Part shown: positions 61,528 through 64,000 of the stretch, one piece after another
Numbering within the stretch: the first letter of the stretch is position 1
Layout of the letters: every line of letters begins with the position of its first letter
Source: Euglena gracilis
Taxonomy: Eukaryota
Direction of reading: 5' to 3'
Assembly (NCBI GenBank): GCA_039621445.1
Contig: CP154954.1
Span: 37,557,703-37,621,702, forward strand
DNA: 64,000 nucleotides
The notes under the pieces: model-generated
What the model was told of the DNA's origin: nothing
Database searches by the model: none
What the model saw: the letters and a program-made list of their open reading frames with translations, nothing else
Translations under genes and position numbers: made by a program

Positions 61528-64000
61528 ACGTAAGTAACGGACGCCCCCAGAAAAGTCATTTTTCGGCCGTTTTCGGCCGAAATCGGCTGCGCCGGCGCTC
61601 CAAAAACGAGCGCTCTGCCCCGGCTAGAGGTCGGCGATCCTTTACCTAACTGTTGCGAAGGGCGGCGGGCGGCGGATAGCCGCAATTTTGCCCGCGGCGG
61701 GCGTGCGTAAAACGCAGCCGTTACCGCCCGGGAGGCGCAAAATAGCACGTAAGTAACGGACGCCCCCAGAAACGTCATTTTTCGGCCGTTTTCGGCCGAA
61801 ATCGGCTGCGCCGGCGCTCCAAAAACGAGCGCTCTGCCCCGGCTAGAGGTCGGCGATCCTTTACCTAACTGTTGCGAAGGGCGGCGGGCGGATAGCCGCA
61901 ATTTTGCCCGCGGCGGGCGTGCGTAAAACGCAGCCGTTACCGCCCGGGAGGCGCAAAATAGCACGTAAGTAACGGACGCCCCCAGAAACGTCATTTTTCG
62001 GCCGTTTTCGGCCGAAATCGGCTGCGCCGGCGCTCCAAAAACGAGCGCTCTGCCCCGGCTAGAGGTCGGCGATCCTTTACCTAACTGTTGCGAAGGGCGG
62101 CGGGCGGATAGCCGCAATTTTGCCCGCGGCGGGCGTGCGTAAAACGCAGCCGTTACCGCCCGGGAGGCGCAAAATAGCACGTAAGTAACGGACGCCCCCA
62201 GAAACGTCATTTTTCGGCCGTTTTCGGCCGAAATCGGCTGCGCCGGCGCTCCAAAAACGAGCGCTCTGCCCCGGCTAGAGGTCGGCGATCCTTTACCTAA
62301 CTGTTGCGAAGGGCGGCGGGCGGATAGCCGCAATTTTGCCCGCGGCGGGCGTGCGTAAAACGCAGCCGTTACCGCCCGGGAGGCGCAAAATAGCACGTAA
62401 GTAACGGACGCCCCCAGAAACGTCATTTTTCGGCCGTTTTCGGCCGAAATCGGCTGCGCCGGCGCTCCAAAAACGAGCGCTCTGCCCCGGCTAGAGGTCG
62501 GCGATCCTTTACCTAACTGTTGCGAAGGGCGGCGGGCGGATAGCCGCAATTTTGCCCGCGGGGGGCGTGCGTAAAACGCAGCCGTTACCGCCCGGGAGGC
62601 GCAAAATAGCACGTAAGTAACGGACGCCCCCAGAAACGTCATTTTTCGGCCGTTTTCGGCCGAAATCGGCTGCGCCGGCGCTCCAAAAACGAGCGCTCTG
62701 CCCCGGCTAGAGGTCGGCGATCCTTTACCTAACTGTTGCGAAGGGCGGCGGGCGGATAGCCGCAATTTTGCCCGCGGCGGGCGTGCGTAAAACGCAGCCG
62801 TTACCGCCCGGGAGGCGCAAAATAGCACGTAAGTAACGGACGCCCCCAGAAACGTCATTTTTCGGCCGTTTTCGGCCGAAATCGGCTGCGCCGGCGCTCC
62901 AAAAACGAGCGCTCTGCCCCGGCTAGAGGTCGGCGATCCTTTACCTAACTGTTGCGAAGGGCGGCGGGCGGATAGCCGCAATTTTGCCCGCGGCGGGCGT
63001 GCGTAAAACGCAGCCGTTACCGCCCGGGAGGCGCAAAATAGCACGTAAGTAACGGACGCCCCCAGAAACGTCATTTTTCGGCCGTTTTCGGCCGAAATCG
63101 GCTGCGCCGGCGCTCCAAAAACGAGCGCTCTGCCCCGGCTAGAGGTCGGCGATCCTTTACCTAACTGTTGCGAAGGGCGGCGGGCGGATAGCCGCAATTT
63201 TGCCCGCGGCGGGCGTGCGTAAAACGCAGCCGTTACCGCCCGGGAGGCGCAAAATAGCACGTAAGTAACGGACGCCCCCAGAGACGTCATTTTTCGGCCG
63301 TTTTCGGCCGAAATCGGCTGCGCCGGCGCTCCAAAAACGAGCGCTCTGCCCCGGCTAGAGGTCGGCGATCCTTTACCTAAGTTGCGAAGGGCGGCAGGCG
63401 GATAGCCGCAATTTTGCCCGCGGCGGGCGTGCGTAAAACGCAGCCGTCACCGCCCGGGAGGCGCAAAATAGCACGTAAGTAACGGACGCCCCCAGAAACG
63501 TCATTTTTCGGCCGTTTTCGGCCGAAATCGGCTGCGCCGGCGCTCCAAAAACGAGCGCTCTGCCCCGGCTAGAGGTCGGCGATCCTTTACCTAACTGTTG
63601 CGAAGGGCGGCGGGCGGATAGCCGCAATTTTGCCCGCGGCGGGCGTGCGTAAAACGCAGCCGTTACCGCCCGGGAGGCGCAAAATAGCACGTAAGTAACG
63701 GACGCCCCAGAAACGTCATTTTTCGGCCGTTTTCGGCCGAAATCGGCTGCGCCGGCGCTCCAAAAACGAGCGCTCTGCCCCGGCTAGAGGTCGGCGATCC
63801 TTTACCTAACTGTTGCGAAGGGCGGCGGGCGGATAGCCGCAATTTTGCCCGCGGCGGGCGTGCGTAAAACGCAGCCGTTACCGCCCGGGAGGCGCAAAAT
63901 AGCACGTAAGTAACGGACGCCCCCCACAACGTCATTTTTTTGGCCGTTTTCGGCCGAAATCGGCTGCGCCGGCGCTCCAAAAACGAGCGCTCTGCCCCGG
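61528..64000. repeat. 216-bp tandem satellite, >11 near-identical CpG-rich units, runs off the window
   Basis: Identical text recurs at 61741 and 62821 (1080 = 5 x 216); the ORF track shows a 72-aa periodicity; variants occur only near the first and last units. Confidence 0.97.

Noticed and set aside
61515-63290. 591-aa ORF with 72-aa repeats
   Set aside because: By-product of a 216-bp (multiple of 3) satellite; the frame is broken in later units, and there is no unique domain or synonymous divergence.

Overview
Repeat-dense eukaryotic nuclear DNA, almost certainly from a euglenid: a near-perfect euglenid spliced-leader (SL) sequence sits at 9626-9652, and several introns have euglenid nonconventional stem geometry. 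The window starts with a broken, scrambled CRE/SLACS-clade non-LTR retrotransposon (RT at 1-1540; Zn-knuckle/RLE inverted at 2501-3111). Most of it is intron of a + strand multi-EF-hand gene (clear exons at 20729, 27702, 34015, 50811, 51382; probable at 58027) packed with homopolymer-rich MITE-like elements. It ends in a homogeneous 216-bp satellite (61528 to window end). The highlight is an apparently intact 11.1-kb DNA transposon (36592-47679; 25-bp TIRs, 7-bp TSD GTGTTCC) whose genes lie antisense within a host intron. It encodes (i) a 3-exon, ~879-aa Academ/DUF6589-like DDE transposase and (ii) an ~8-exon, ~980-aa protein with an N-terminal ParB/Srx-like domain, in place of the XPG nuclease or helicase of known Academ lineages. 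About 22 copies of the palindrome TGCGCAATTGCGCA (or near variants) lie only in its termini, introns and spacers, suggesting a ParB/parS-like arrangement. Family assignments come from motif recognition by eye, not database searches.
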